The notes: a model not told the origin generated them from the letters alone. A DNA stretch of 64,000 nucleotides from an uncultured virus (IMG/VR IMGVR_UViG_3300020595_000014) (IMGVR_UViG_3300020595_000014); one strand, 5' to 3'; positions 10,801-22,333 are shown, counted from the first letter of the stretch. Program-made: numbers and translations.

Positions 10801-12633
10801 ATGGCGGATAATACTGACTTTACTTTACCGAAGAACGCGTATGCGACTTTCGATGCTCTAACTTTAAAGGGTTTAATTAAGGACCGTTTAAGAGAAGGTG
10901 GTACCTTTACTGACCAAGATTTTGAAGGTAGTAACCTATCTGCTATTATTGATATCATCGCCCTGTCGTATCACCTTTCACTATTCTATCTTAACCAGAC
11001 CTCTGCTGAATCTTTATTCAACGAAGCCACTGTTTTTGAGAATATTAACAGGATTACTAAGCTTATAGGGTACAAGCCTACCGGTTACAAAACAGGAGTA
11101 TTGTCCTTTGAAGCAGAAGCTAGCAGTAGGTTACCGGTAAACATATATACCATAAAGAGGTACTCGTATTTTACAGTCGATGGCACTGACTTCTCATTTA
11201 TCAGTGATGCAACATTTAGTAAGACTAATATTGCAGATGAGAGCCTATCCACACTGTCCGACAATACCCTGCTGTATCAAGGGAAGTATGTAGAACACCC
11301 GGTCATTAGGGCTATTGGCGAAGAGTTTGAAACTGTAACGTTATTAGTTAGAGATAATATTAACCAGACGCCGATTGATATCGAGGCTGACTCCATTAAC
11401 GTATATGTTCAGAGTGCTAATACCAACAAATACAATGAATTCAATGAGATTGATTCTCTCTTTAATGCTACTAATACGAGTTATGTATTCGAGAAGCGTT
11501 TAAACGAGAATGGGTTTTATGAAATAAAATTTGGTAACGGTGTGAATGGTGTCCAGCTCGGTACCGCAGATAAGATCTTTATATATTACTTAAAGAGTGA
11601 TGGTACCGCTGGTAGAGTTTCTGCTGGTAAGCTAGACGGTAATAATATTAATGTATTTACATCGATACAATTTGAAGCAATATCGCCCGATATATACGAG
11701 ACTAATGTGCAGGTATTAACACCTAATCTTGCTTCAGCAATAGCATTTACAAATTCTGTTGCCTCTACTAGCCCCGGCGAGATTGAAACAGTTGATCAAA
11801 TTAAAGAAAATGCCCCTAGAACCTTCTTTGCGCAGAACAGGATTGTAACAAATGATGATTTTCAAGCGTTTATTGAAAAGCGTTATAGTAATATCGTCAC
11901 TAGTACCGCTCTTGTGAGTAATGAGGCATACGTCGATAATGTTATAAAGTATTATTATGATCTAGGTTTAGATAGACCTAACCAAGATTCAAGGTTCTTG
12001 TTTAATCAGGTAAAATTCGCTACTACCAATCAGGCTAACCAGGTATACGCTTTCATGGTACCGAAGATAAAGATAGCAGATAGTGATAATAATTTATTTT
12101 ACTTAACACAGGCGCAGAAATCAGAAATTATTAATACTGCTCGGGTACAGAAGATTATTAACTCCGAAATACAACCAATGGATCCGGTATATGTCGGAGT
12201 TACAGTTGGGTTGCAAGATACATTTAATGACAAGCCATCTGTTGATGATATTGAGTACACTGAACTAGTCATACAACGTAAACAGAATAATAGAATTAGT
12301 GCGGCACGTATTATAGAAGAAGCTAATAACGTTTTCGAGGAAGCGTTCGACCCGGCAAATCTAGAACTCGGTGGTATAATTAACATTACAGCTATCACTA
12401 CTAAAATTCTAGCGATTGAAGGCGTCGCAGGGATAAGAACTGTTAAACGTAATGCTGATACTGGTGAAGTAGTTAGAAGTGTGCCGTTCTTGAACATGTA
12501 TAACTTCAACGCTGCGTATCCCGATGTCGATATTGAAAGCACAGGATCGAACGTATCATTGCCGTACTTCAAATTTCCGTTCTTATATAGTAGTGATTTG
12601 AAGAGTAGAATTAACGTAGAAATTATTGATTAA
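10801..12633 (+). CDS. baseplate wedge subunit gp6-like
   Basis: FTDQDFEGSNLS, YEIKFGNGVNG, AQNRIVTNDDF motifs. Confidence 0.9.
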   Translation: MADNTDFTLPKNAYATFDALTLKGLIKDRLREGGTFTDQDFEGSNLSAIIDIIALSYHLSLFYLNQTSAESLFNEATVFENINRITKLIGYKPTGYKTGVLSFEAEASSRLPVNIYTIKRYSYFTVDGTDFSFISDATFSKTNIADESLSTLSDNTLLYQGKYVEHPVIRAIGEEFETVTLLVRDNINQTPIDIEADSINVYVQSANTNKYNEFNEIDSLFNATNTSYVFEKRLNENGFYEIKFGNGVNGVQLGTADKIFIYYLKSDGTAGRVSAGKLDGNNINVFTSIQFEAISPDIYETNVQVLTPNLASAIAFTNSVASTSPGEIETVDQIKENAPRTFFAQNRIVTNDDFQAFIEKRYSNIVTSTALVSNEAYVDNVIKYYYDLGLDRPNQDSRFLFNQVKFATTNQANQVYAFMVPKIKIADSDNNLFYLTQAQKSEIINTARVQKIINSEIQPMDPVYVGVTVGLQDTFNDKPSVDDIEYTELVIQRKQNNRISAARIIEEANNVFEEAFDPANLELGGIINITAITTKILAIEGVAGIRTVKRNADTGEVVRSVPFLNMYNFNAAYPDVDIESTGSNVSLPYFKFPFLYSSDLKSRINVEIID

Positions 12634-12635
12634 TT

Positions 12636-13448
12636 ATGCCTATAACATCACCAGAATCTCAGATTTATAATTTTGATAGAGATTATAGTACCCTACCACC
12701 TATAAACCTACCCGTACGAGTCATCGACCCGTCTACGAGAGAGAGTAAATGGGGAGGTTTATCCGCTATTCCAGGATTTGCAAATGAGCAGTATGTGTTT
12801 AGAATCTTTCCTGATTTTTCCGGTACAGATCTTAACGGAATATCTGCTTCAACTCTAGCTGATAGTTATCGGTATTTTATAGACTTAGGTGACGGTACAA
12901 TATCAACAGACCTCACTGCATCCCACTATTATAAATACCCGGGTGAATATAAAGTTACATTAGTAGCAGTAGATAGTGCATCGAACTTCTATAGCGTTGA
13001 GACGCGACCTATTTTCAACATAAGTAACGTTATACCTGATAGATTATTTCTAACATATCAAGAAGGCAGTAGCGCATTGAACTCGACTCTTGAAAATCCA
13101 ATTATACTGACTAGGTTTAATTCATATCAAAGCTGGCCATCTGTCTCTGCCGATGATGGGTATACTATTAATTTGAGTGTATCGGGTAATAGAAGTAAGA
13201 CTTTAACAAACGCAGAATATTACAGTGATATAAATGCTCACTTAAAACTGTTTAACAGTTTTGTGCAGATTGAAGATAATGCTGGGGTGCTGATAACAGA
13301 ATCAGTAAAGACTGGTAATGAGTTTATATATGGTAAGCTAAATACAGTTACCTCCGACCCACCTTACTTTTTATATAATAAACCAGAAGCAGGTACAGTA
13401 TTTTTAGGTACATCAGGTAGTACTTCCTTTTATTACTACGAAGATTAA
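12636..13448 (+). CDS. PKD-like domain structural protein
   Basis: DLGDGTISTDLTASHYYKYPGEYKVTL. Confidence 0.6.
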   Translation: MPITSPESQIYNFDRDYSTLPPINLPVRVIDPSTRESKWGGLSAIPGFANEQYVFRIFPDFSGTDLNGISASTLADSYRYFIDLGDGTISTDLTASHYYKYPGEYKVTLVAVDSASNFYSVETRPIFNISNVIPDRLFLTYQEGSSALNSTLENPIILTRFNSYQSWPSVSADDGYTINLSVSGNRSKTLTNAEYYSDINAHLKLFNSFVQIEDNAGVLITESVKTGNEFIYGKLNTVTSDPPYFLYNKPEAGTVFLGTSGSTSFYYYED

Positions 13449-13468
13449 AATTATACATAAATAATCTT

Positions 13469-14962
13469 ATGGGTGAACATAATGTTATACTATTTGCTGC
13501 TTTTGAGCCGCGTGTTTTTCTAGACCCTGAAAGTGTCGGTATAGGTGCTGACCCAGATTTACCAGCAATTAATGCTGGGCCTGCTACCATTTCCTATTCT
13601 ATATCAGCAAGACCTGAAACATTAGAAGATAAGACTTTAAGTATCACTACTAACGGCATTACGGGTTTCATAACCTCCATATCATCATTTAATATACCTA
13701 AAATTAATTTTGTTAATCAAGATATATATTTTACTGCTAAAATGGTTGATCTTAGCGGTACGCCTTTAAAGAGGTACCCTGTGTTGGAAAGCTCAGTCGA
13801 GCTACTAAAGACTCAGACACCAGGCCCGGTGGATGAGCTAGTACAAGTTCAAAATACTATAGAGGATTTTATAATAGTTGAGGAGGGCGGTCTAGATGTA
13901 TTCTTAGTAAGAAGTGACGGTACGGTTGTCTTAGATGGGGAATCAACATACCGTACTAATTACGGAGATCTTACCGCTAGTCCTGGTGGTGGTTACCTCA
14001 AGGGTATTATACAGACATCTGTCGCCGATACAGATCTGAGACTTCAGGTGAATTACACCAGTGGTGGTGTGACAGTTTCAGGTGTATCTACACCATTTGA
14101 TGTATATCCGGCGGAGCCGATATACGATATCAGGAAGATTGGAGAAGATAATAATCAGGCACAGAATTATAAGGACCTAGCTACTCAACCCGTACTGCAA
14201 CGCGAGCCGATCTTTATGGAACAACTACTGGGTCAAATCGTCGGCGATAATAATAACTACCCCGAGACACTAGGGATTAAACTTCACGAGAAAGTTAGTA
14301 ATTACGTCGCTAACATTAATGATCCGGATTATGCAAACGTAGATTCGCTGAACTCTCTCATTCGTCAGCTATCAATGACTATGGATGAGTATAACCAGCA
14401 ATTTCCACCTAGCTTATCGCGGCTAATTGATATACTATCTGTTAGTGTAAGTCGGCAGATGGGTAGTAAGAATCAATTCCAAGGCAACTATGATTCAAAA
14501 GGTTATATTAGTAAAGAATTTTATGGTAAGAATCGAGGAGACATCTTACCAATAGAGACTACTTTACTCGAGACCGGTGTAGGTTCAAAGAATATATTGG
14601 CGTATGAAAAATTTAGTGAGCAGTATAAATTGCTCAATACTAATATTCTAAGTGCTACCGATATCGGCTATACTAGCGATAATATGTACCCACTTTCAGC
14701 ATATAACCCGTCTTGGGGATGGGGCTTAATAATGCCTACGAGTATTACGAGTGCTGATATTAATAAGTACTACGTATTCTATGACTTTATAGATACAATA
14801 GAGGGCTCTTATCTACAGAAGTTTATCGATTTTGATAATGTAAATAATACATATCTGACTAGCTTAACTTCATATGACCAGTATATTGATAAATGGGGCA
14901 TAGCGGAAAAGGTCATTTCACATAATCTATATACTAACCTAGGTCTTATATCAGGATCGTAA
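13469..14962 (+). CDS. virion structural protein (baseplate region)
   Basis: 497 aa, TAAATA upstream, gene context. Confidence 0.5.
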   Translation: MGEHNVILFAAFEPRVFLDPESVGIGADPDLPAINAGPATISYSISARPETLEDKTLSITTNGITGFITSISSFNIPKINFVNQDIYFTAKMVDLSGTPLKRYPVLESSVELLKTQTPGPVDELVQVQNTIEDFIIVEEGGLDVFLVRSDGTVVLDGESTYRTNYGDLTASPGGGYLKGIIQTSVADTDLRLQVNYTSGGVTVSGVSTPFDVYPAEPIYDIRKIGEDNNQAQNYKDLATQPVLQREPIFMEQLLGQIVGDNNNYPETLGIKLHEKVSNYVANINDPDYANVDSLNSLIRQLSMTMDEYNQQFPPSLSRLIDILSVSVSRQMGSKNQFQGNYDSKGYISKEFYGKNRGDILPIETTLLETGVGSKNILAYEKFSEQYKLLNTNILSATDIGYTSDNMYPLSAYNPSWGWGLIMPTSITSADINKYYVFYDFIDTIEGSYLQKFIDFDNVNNTYLTSLTSYDQYIDKWGIAEKVISHNLYTNLGLISGS

Positions 14963-14982
14963 TTCAAGAATAAATATTTTAT

Positions 14983-17355
14983 ATGCCTGCCTTAAGCGAC
15001 ACCCCTGTATACTTCAGTGTAACAAATACTTTAGATGATGCAAAGAGAGATTTAAATAAACCTTTTTCTTTTCTTGACTTTTTAAAGTATGCTGATATCA
15101 ATGATAAGGAGAATGAGCTCTCGAGTTATCAGAGTTATCTACAATCCTGGGAGGTGTATACAAATACCTCGTTAACCTCTATTAACATCGATGTTAGAAC
15201 GCAGTTTATTAATTTCTTATCGGAGATCAATATGCTCTTTTTCACTAACGAGGAGAGGCGTTATTTTGATAATATAGATTTAAACAATAACGAGCAATTA
15301 ACAATTGCACTCCCCTTCTTCACATCGAAGATTAAAGAAATAGCCATATATTTCAAAAAGAAACGTAATAGTATAACCAGTAACTTGGAGTATATTAAGA
15401 AAAAGGGCACAGATGGTGGGGCGGAAACATTTATTAAGGATCAAATACTTGATATATTTTACGGTGATGATGTTGCACCGGGTATAAACCCTAACGGCAG
15501 GACACCTGAGGAGGTCGTTAATAGTATCGATATCAGCTTCGAGAGAGTCTATGATACATTCAACGATTACTTTGACCTGGACCCTACTAAGCCCTCGACT
15601 TTCTATGATTCGGTATCGGGCGATAGATCTGACTATTTCACGTCTAATACAAATACGATAAGCAGTTCTTTCTATATAAACGATGATCAGGCTATTATTG
15701 ACATTATAAACACTAATGGCGTTGGTTTAGAGGAGATTCCAGGCTTATTAGTTACATATAATCAACCAGATCTATCATTATTACCGAGTAATCAATTTGT
15801 TAATTACCAAAATACTGGTGATAGAGTAGATTTAAACTTTAATCTCACAAAAGAGATTCCTGTTAACTGCCAAGGTACTGATATGTATTATATCTCTACT
15901 GGAGATAACACGGATTATGTATACGATAAACTATTCACAGCCAGATACCCGCATAGAAACTTATTAAACGTCAATCACCCTTCTACACTGGCAGTTACTG
16001 GTAATTCGTTTAAGAGTGAAAGAAGTGTCGGTCTATTCTTCAAGCCATCGGTAAGAGGTGCTCTTAAAATGGAGTGTGACTTTAGTAGCTATATTGTAAC
16101 TGATGATTTTGAACGTAATAATATATACGTCATACCAAATCCATCTAGATATGGTTCAGTAGAGGGCGTCGGGGGTTGTATGCGACCTAATCCACTCATA
16201 TTTAATAGTACATTTAACCGGTTTAAAAATGTATCATCATCATTTGGTAGATTTCTGCCGGAAGTAGATAGTAAGGATCAAACATTCCATTCATATAATA
16301 CGACTGAGCAGAGATTGTTTGATCCTAATAATATCACTCCATTAGTTGGTATCGAGAAACTTACAGTCCCGAGTCAAATATATAAAGAGGTAGGTGATAT
16401 TTACGGTAACCTATTTTATATTACCAATGTCACGGATGCGAGTAATAGAAATCTTGATAATTTTGAAGGAACCGAACCGGTTCAAGAAAGATATTCAACT
16501 GTATTTGAAACTGTACCCACTGATAACCGTAAAGAAACAATAGCTGGTATTAGACATAAAGGTAAGCTTATCGAGGTTGCTAACGTCGTTAATAGTACAG
16601 TAAGGCCTATAGCAGATGAATTCGGCACCGTTTTTAGTCGCTTTACTTATGATCCCGTTTTACGAGAGCAATTGCAAAGTGGTAATTACCAAGATCTAGA
16701 TATTTTTGAAACTATATTCTTCTTTAAGACGGAGAGTTACCTCGTCATTGATAGCATTGACTATATAGACGGTAAATTTACCCCGGCGCAATTCTCTTCA
16801 ACGGTTAGGAAGTATAATAAGGAGATAATAATCGACCAAGCTACCACTACTATTAGTAATATCAGTAACCCTGTTAGACGCGGCCGTGATATCTTCTATA
16901 TTAAACTTACTAGTGATCCCTCCACGACATCTCCAACGAACCTTAAGTTCTTCCAGTTCGAGATGTTTAAGTACGATAAAGATACTAAAAGAGAGGTAAA
17001 TCTTGTAACTAATACCTCGCAAAATCAGAGTTATTTCGCTGACAATTTTACTTTCAACTTAGATACTAATATTATCGAGATAACAAACATTGCGCTAGCG
17101 TATAATAGTAAGCAAGGCAAGTTTATTGCGGTCACGAACTTTAGAGATTTAAATCACGCTTGCTTTATACATGTACTTGTGTTTGAGCTTAACGGTGATA
17201 TATTTACGGTTGCTGATAACTATATAATAGCTCCAGACAACCTTACTGAAACTATAAACTTTTATTCTCCTAATACGTTTATAAATAACTTTAACGCTCG
17301 GAGTATAACATCCGATCCTGCACAAGACCTGACTTATGGCACACTTAGATTCTAA
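14983..17355 (+). CDS. virion structural protein
   Basis: 790 aa, TAAATA upstream, gene context. Confidence 0.5.
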   Translation: MPALSDTPVYFSVTNTLDDAKRDLNKPFSFLDFLKYADINDKENELSSYQSYLQSWEVYTNTSLTSINIDVRTQFINFLSEINMLFFTNEERRYFDNIDLNNNEQLTIALPFFTSKIKEIAIYFKKKRNSITSNLEYIKKKGTDGGAETFIKDQILDIFYGDDVAPGINPNGRTPEEVVNSIDISFERVYDTFNDYFDLDPTKPSTFYDSVSGDRSDYFTSNTNTISSSFYINDDQAIIDIINTNGVGLEEIPGLLVTYNQPDLSLLPSNQFVNYQNTGDRVDLNFNLTKEIPVNCQGTDMYYISTGDNTDYVYDKLFTARYPHRNLLNVNHPSTLAVTGNSFKSERSVGLFFKPSVRGALKMECDFSSYIVTDDFERNNIYVIPNPSRYGSVEGVGGCMRPNPLIFNSTFNRFKNVSSSFGRFLPEVDSKDQTFHSYNTTEQRLFDPNNITPLVGIEKLTVPSQIYKEVGDIYGNLFYITNVTDASNRNLDNFEGTEPVQERYSTVFETVPTDNRKETIAGIRHKGKLIEVANVVNSTVRPIADEFGTVFSRFTYDPVLREQLQSGNYQDLDIFETIFFFKTESYLVIDSIDYIDGKFTPAQFSSTVRKYNKEIIIDQATTTISNISNPVRRGRDIFYIKLTSDPSTTSPTNLKFFQFEMFKYDKDTKREVNLVTNTSQNQSYFADNFTFNLDTNIIEITNIALAYNSKQGKFIAVTNFRDLNHACFIHVLVFELNGDIFTVADNYIIAPDNLTETINFYSPNTFINNFNARSITSDPAQDLTYGTLRF

Positions 17356-18523
17356 ACATACACTAACCGTAAACTTATCCAACTATCAACCTCAAGATAG
17401 TAGTGTTAGTTTTATAACAAGAGAGGCTATTCAAGGTAATACGGTAGTCACTTTTCTGTTGTCCGGCATTCAGACCGATGTAATAGACTTTCACTCTGAT
17501 AAGCCTGGATTTAATAGTGTTGAAATCGATTTTGGTGACCCGGCTTCGAGAGGTGTTACTACATACTCAGCTAAATTTAGTGGTGGTGTAACAAATACTT
17601 TACCGTTCACAAGTATATCACATACATATTTTACTGACGCCTCATCTTACACTACTTTATCAGCTAACATTACTATCAAGTACGAGCAGGTAGATCAGAA
17701 TACAGGCCCTTTATCAGCAGGTCATATTATTGAGTTTAGAACAACACCAGAAAATATTGTAGATAGAAACATAGAGGTCCTGAACAGTCAGTTGTTTACT
17801 GTAGGTGGGAGTGCTGTACCGTACTTTAACGTAGAGACGGATGAAAATATTATATACCCGTTAACGTATCTCGAACTTCAAACGACGTCACGTGTGTTCT
17901 CTGGTATCTATCTTAATACTGACCCTGAAGACACAGTCCAGTATCCTGATAACTTCTTCTTAGCAAGGACTGAGCTGTCTCCATCGAGCGCGCTGTCAGC
18001 ATTCGGTGATATTGCTCTAAGCGGTGCAGGGTTTCAGCTACAAGGACATACAGGCAGGCGATATGCTTTTGCTTTCTCACTATCTAGTGAACCTACACAC
18101 ATAACAACCTTATCATCTACTAGCTTAATTAACTATACAGATATAGCTATGCCGTATATACCAGCAACTACGTTAGAGACTGGTGTACTTTCAACATACG
18201 CCACGTTCTTTGATGCTATTACAGGTAGTTTTAACGATTTAGGTATAGTAGGTATAGGTAATGAGTTTACTAGTCTAGCTACAAGCTACGATCCAATTAA
18301 GATAACCTTTAATCAGACTAACTTATTACCACCAGACGCTACTGTGTACACATACGGTACACTTGTTTCAACAGGTTATGTACCTGGTACATCAGATCCG
18401 AATAATATATTTATCTCTAGTGATACTGATTTTCTCTACACATACCCAACATCAGGTTATGGGTTAAGTGCTATAAATAGAGTAATAACCGATCCTGACG
18501 GTGATAATATTACATTATTGTAA
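17336..18523 (+). CDS. virion structural protein
   Basis: 395 aa, S/T-rich, PKD-like IDFGD motif. Confidence 0.5.
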   Translation: MAHLDSKHTLTVNLSNYQPQDSSVSFITREAIQGNTVVTFLLSGIQTDVIDFHSDKPGFNSVEIDFGDPASRGVTTYSAKFSGGVTNTLPFTSISHTYFTDASSYTTLSANITIKYEQVDQNTGPLSAGHIIEFRTTPENIVDRNIEVLNSQLFTVGGSAVPYFNVETDENIIYPLTYLELQTTSRVFSGIYLNTDPEDTVQYPDNFFLARTELSPSSALSAFGDIALSGAGFQLQGHTGRRYAFAFSLSSEPTHITTLSSTSLINYTDIAMPYIPATTLETGVLSTYATFFDAITGSFNDLGIVGIGNEFTSLATSYDPIKITFNQTNLLPPDATVYTYGTLVSTGYVPGTSDPNNIFISSDTDFLYTYPTSGYGLSAINRVITDPDGDNITLL

Positions 18524-18534
18524 TAAATAATAAT

Positions 18535-20271
18535 ATGGCAAGTGATATTCGTATATCGGAACTCAACGAGATTAATGTTAATAGCGATGTTAATGAAATT
18601 ATTATTAATAGTAGAGAATCCTCTAATGATACAGGCATCTCTAAAAAGATTCAGGTAAGTAATTTACTGACAGATAGTATAGTAAAGACTAATAACCTAG
18701 ATAATTTCTCAGTAACTACAGATAAGTTAGCTGGCCAAGCAATTACTGCTAATAAGATCGCAGACAGAACAATTACAGATAGTCAAATAGCTGATTGTAC
18801 GATCACTAATAGGGTATTGGATGATAACTCTGTTAATAACAGGGTGTTAGATAATGGCAGTGATTATACTGTGAGAGGCATTACTGCTACTAGTAGTGTT
18901 GCTTCACCGGCGGTGCAAGTATCAAATAGGTTATCTGTATCTACTGGTCAAGTTACTATTAATAGCATACCATACAATTTTCCAGCAACCGAATCACCGC
19001 GGAACTTTCTTCGGACAGATGGATCTGGTAACCTAACGTGGTCAGAAGCGGTACCTGGAGACGGCACTGCATTAGTTTTCAATGATATCTCCCCTGTCGG
19101 TACAATCATACCATGGGCTGGGGGTCAGTCTAGTATACCAGATGATAAGTGGATTAACCTAGGATCGCAACGCAGATTTTTAGGTTCAGATTACCCGGAG
19201 CTTCGAGATCTACTCGGCACGAAGTGGGGACCTCGAACTACATCGGGTGGTGCAACTTCACCTACAGGTGCTTATTATGCACTTCCGGATGTAAGAGCTA
19301 GAGCCATAGTAGGCGCTGGTACAGGTGATGACGGTACAAACAGGGTTCTGCTGGACTCGTCATGCAATACCCCTTTTGGTACATATGGTGGTCAGTATTG
19401 TCATCAATTAGTTCGCCAGGAAATAAACCATATGCACTTCACAGGTACATTTTCCCAACCGGGCAATGATGATTGGTACCCTTTCCTGATAAACAAGCCG
19501 GGTTCGACAACATTTAACCCAGGTGCTCGAGCCATTACCAATACTAGTTACTGCGGAAGATGGGTAGCTGGTGAAGGCAATGGCACCAATCCTAATACCA
19601 TGCCAGCAGGGCCGAATGCAAATAAGCCTTACAATGCGATGACTGCAACGCAGCTATTAAATGATGACCAGCATATGGATAATGTTGCACACGAAAACGT
19701 TCAGCCATACGTTGCTATGAGTTACATCATTAAGGCTAAGCCTGATGATATAGAGCAGTATGACATGAGTGTTGGTCGTGGTTTATCGGCTCTTGATGCA
19801 GTCGGTATTCAGACATCAAGTGTGAATTTATCTAGCACTGAAATCGGATTAAAAGTAACAGATGATTTTAACTTTGACGGTTCTGGAAGATTAAAGCTAA
19901 CAGGTACTCGGGTTAATGCAACAGTTGAGCATGACCCTACGTTCCCGGGAACATCGTATCTCAGGAATTGTACATTAACGAGAACAGGTATTGGTAGATT
20001 TACTATAACAGTTGACGATCTCGGTTCTAGACCGACCGCAGTTGGTTCCTTAGCAAACAACTGGACATTACAATCAGAGGTAAATAGTGTATTTACTGGT
20101 CAATATGCTATCTCTGTAAGTATAGATAACAGTAATACCGCGGTATATGTCGAGTGCGTAGAACTTAAATCAGCAAAATCCGGTGAGCCTGGGCGAGATG
20201 ATGGTAATACTATATCGAGGTATACTAGAAGCTATGCAGATGTACCGTTCCAAGTGATTATTGCTAATTAA
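18535..20271 (+). CDS. tail fibre protein with tail-collar domain
   Basis: PVGTIIPWAG, YPELRDLLG, LPDVRARAIVGAG and HENVQPYVAMSYIIKA; ITANKIAD repeats. Confidence 0.85.
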   Translation: MASDIRISELNEINVNSDVNEIIINSRESSNDTGISKKIQVSNLLTDSIVKTNNLDNFSVTTDKLAGQAITANKIADRTITDSQIADCTITNRVLDDNSVNNRVLDNGSDYTVRGITATSSVASPAVQVSNRLSVSTGQVTINSIPYNFPATESPRNFLRTDGSGNLTWSEAVPGDGTALVFNDISPVGTIIPWAGGQSSIPDDKWINLGSQRRFLGSDYPELRDLLGTKWGPRTTSGGATSPTGAYYALPDVRARAIVGAGTGDDGTNRVLLDSSCNTPFGTYGGQYCHQLVRQEINHMHFTGTFSQPGNDDWYPFLINKPGSTTFNPGARAITNTSYCGRWVAGEGNGTNPNTMPAGPNANKPYNAMTATQLLNDDQHMDNVAHENVQPYVAMSYIIKAKPDDIEQYDMSVGRGLSALDAVGIQTSSVNLSSTEIGLKVTDDFNFDGSGRLKLTGTRVNATVEHDPTFPGTSYLRNCTLTRTGIGRFTITVDDLGSRPTAVGSLANNWTLQSEVNSVFTGQYAISVSIDNSNTAVYVECVELKSAKSGEPGRDDGNTISRYTRSYADVPFQVIIAN

Positions 20272-20275
20272 ATTA

Positions 20276-20617
20276 CTAGCGAGTTTTAATAAACTTATTA
20301 ACATACTCCCTCGGTACAATATATGCTGAGCATGTCGAGTTGTTTATCTGCTTCCTATATGTTACACGGTGTCTTCCGTCTAAACAAAAATCGTCATCAG
20401 TCACAACAATAGGCTCTCTACACACTCCTTCCTTTTTGTAAAAATTAATAACGCTAGACTTTAACGGACTTGCTTTACACTGTGTATTACTAATATCATA
20501 ACTATCAGTATATTTTAAGACTCTTAGTGCATTGAGTGTAACAACCAGTGATTTTATATCGATATATTTATCTTCTCCTAAGGAGTGGTTACTAAATGTT
20601 TGATTAAACACTGACAT
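20276..20617 (-). CDS. ParB/sulfiredoxin N-terminal-like protein
   Basis: EPIVV...LDGRHR motif. Confidence 0.55.
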   Translation of the reverse strand: MSVFNQTFSNHSLGEDKYIDIKSLVVTLNALRVLKYTDSYDISNTQCKASPLKSSVINFYKKEGVCREPIVVTDDDFCLDGRHRVTYRKQINNSTCSAYIVPREYVNKFIKTR

Positions 20618-21140
20618 ATCTCAATCCGATTGAAACTCTGTAGCCTGATTCACATTCAACTTTATGATATGTGTAGGGTGACCTACCGGTAATTTCAAAT
20701 GCTCTTAACGTAATACCATCAACAACGTCATAAGTATCGATGAAGTCACCGTCTAGAGAAAAGCGGTATGAGAATTTGGACCTACCAGTTGCATACGTTA
20801 TGTATAGCGTGTCGGATGGGTCATCGGAGTTTGTATGTTCATCGATGCGATCACCAGGGCCGTAGACGAATTTACCGCTTATTCTAAATCTTAGCGACGG
20901 GAAACATTTCTTTAATACCGGTAATAAATCTATTGCATCTGAATCACTGAGCTTTGCTAGCGATGCATTAACAGCGTGAGGAGCGTCTGAATTTAGAGCC
21001 CCACTTCTTACTGTTTTTTCTAATCTGTCGTATACACTTTTAGGTGACAGAGATTTTAAAGCAGCTGCTAAATCTTCAGCGTGTTGTAATTTAGGTACAC
21101 CTTTACCGTGTATATCATATTCTGTATATTTTACTTGCAT
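20604..21140 (-). CDS. cupin/2OG-Fe(II) oxygenase-like protein
   Basis: YGPGDRIDEHTN...YHKV...RVSIG double-stranded beta-helix pattern. Confidence 0.5.
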   Translation of the reverse strand: MQVKYTEYDIHGKGVPKLQHAEDLAAALKSLSPKSVYDRLEKTVRSGALNSDAPHAVNASLAKLSDSDAIDLLPVLKKCFPSLRFRISGKFVYGPGDRIDEHTNSDDPSDTLYITYATGRSKFSYRFSLDGDFIDTYDVVDGITLRAFEITGRSPYTYHKVECESGYRVSIGLRYVSV

Positions 21141-21573
21141 AATGCTTCGGGAAATCTATACTTAATTCTGGACACGTAAGTGTATCGATTTCTTTGATAG
21201 TTTTAAGACTTGAAAAATCTTCATTTATAAAATCATTTAGTGCTGTAATTGCCTGTGCGATTTCACCAGCGATCTCAACCTTGTTAAGGGCAGCTGCCTC
21301 AACAATTAATTTTCGCAGTTCATATATACGCTCTTGTATATCTGCAGATAAAGTTTGAAGCCTTTGAGCTAAGACCATCACCGGGTCAGATACCAACTTG
21401 CTATTTTTATCTAATTCACAACAATCTATGTATTTAATATGTAAGCTGTATTCTTGTGTTTCTGCTTGGCTCAACTCAATGCATTGAGATTCCATGGTAA
21501 TTTTTTTACACGAAGTAGTTAGCACCAACTTATTGGTATTATCGCATTTATGCACATAATAATATAATCTCAT
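21115..21573 (-). CDS. hypothetical, possibly tail-fibre assembly protein
   Basis: 152 aa, helical C-terminus; next to a fibre gene. Confidence 0.4.
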   Translation of the reverse strand: MRLYYYVHKCDNTNKLVLTTSCKKITMESQCIELSQAETQEYSLHIKYIDCCELDKNSKLVSDPVMVLAQRLQTLSADIQERIYELRKLIVEAAALNKVEIAGEIAQAITALNDFINEDFSSLKTIKEIDTLTCPELSIDFPKHYASKIYRI

Positions 21574-21610
21574 ATAATATCTCTGCTAATAATGTTACAA
21601 CAAAAAAGGA

Positions 21611-22306
21611 TTAAGCACCTTTTAACTCTTCTACCTCAGCGTCTAAGCGCTTAACCTCTTCAATAAGGTATGGGATAAGCTTAACGTAGTCGACTGATTT
21701 AAATCCATCAGGTCTTTCATGTACTAATTCCGGAAGTACCTTTTCAACATCTTGAGCCATTACACCGAAGTCCTTACCTTCTCTATCTGCCTCTTCTTTC
21801 CAGTCGAAGGAATACCCAGTTAGGTTATTGACTACTTCTTTAGAGTTTACAATCTTATTTACATTCTCTTTTAATCGTTCATCAGAAGAGTAGAATGCTA
21901 TAATATCAGAGCACCCTCTAATAACACCTGTTACAGTTGCAACACCTGCTACTGCTAGATTACGGCAAGCTCTCAGATCTTGCCTTGCAAGTACATCAGC
22001 CTGAGCATCAAGGCTATTTTGTGTACTAATTAGTCCGGATGAAGATACGCCGGTAGCATTAACCTGATTAGCGTTGTTAATACTGTTACCGCACATATTC
22101 AGGTTACCTCCTCTAACCTGTACTGTACCGCAGGCTATTAAACCATTACCCTTAGTGCGAAGATATAGACTCGATTGCTGCCCTGTACCATCCGTAACTA
22201 TACACGCGGTATTACCATTTAATACACAATTCTGAGTACTAGCGCCTCCTAAATTAAGTATAGATTTGAACGTATTACATATATTTTTTCCAGTAAAATC
22301 AGCCAT
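21611..22306 (-). CDS. tail fibre/spike with peptidase S74 intramolecular chaperone
   Basis: SSDERLKENV, GVMAQDVEKVLPELV, VDYVKLIPYLIE. Confidence 0.9.
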   Translation of the reverse strand: MADFTGKNICNTFKSILNLGGASTQNCVLNGNTACIVTDGTGQQSSLYLRTKGNGLIACGTVQVRGGNLNMCGNSINNANQVNATGVSSSGLISTQNSLDAQADVLARQDLRACRNLAVAGVATVTGVIRGCSDIIAFYSSDERLKENVNKIVNSKEVVNNLTGYSFDWKEEADREGKDFGVMAQDVEKVLPELVHERPDGFKSVDYVKLIPYLIEEVKRLDAEVEELKGA

Positions 22307-22333
22307 ACAAATATTTAATCAAAGAAAACGAGA

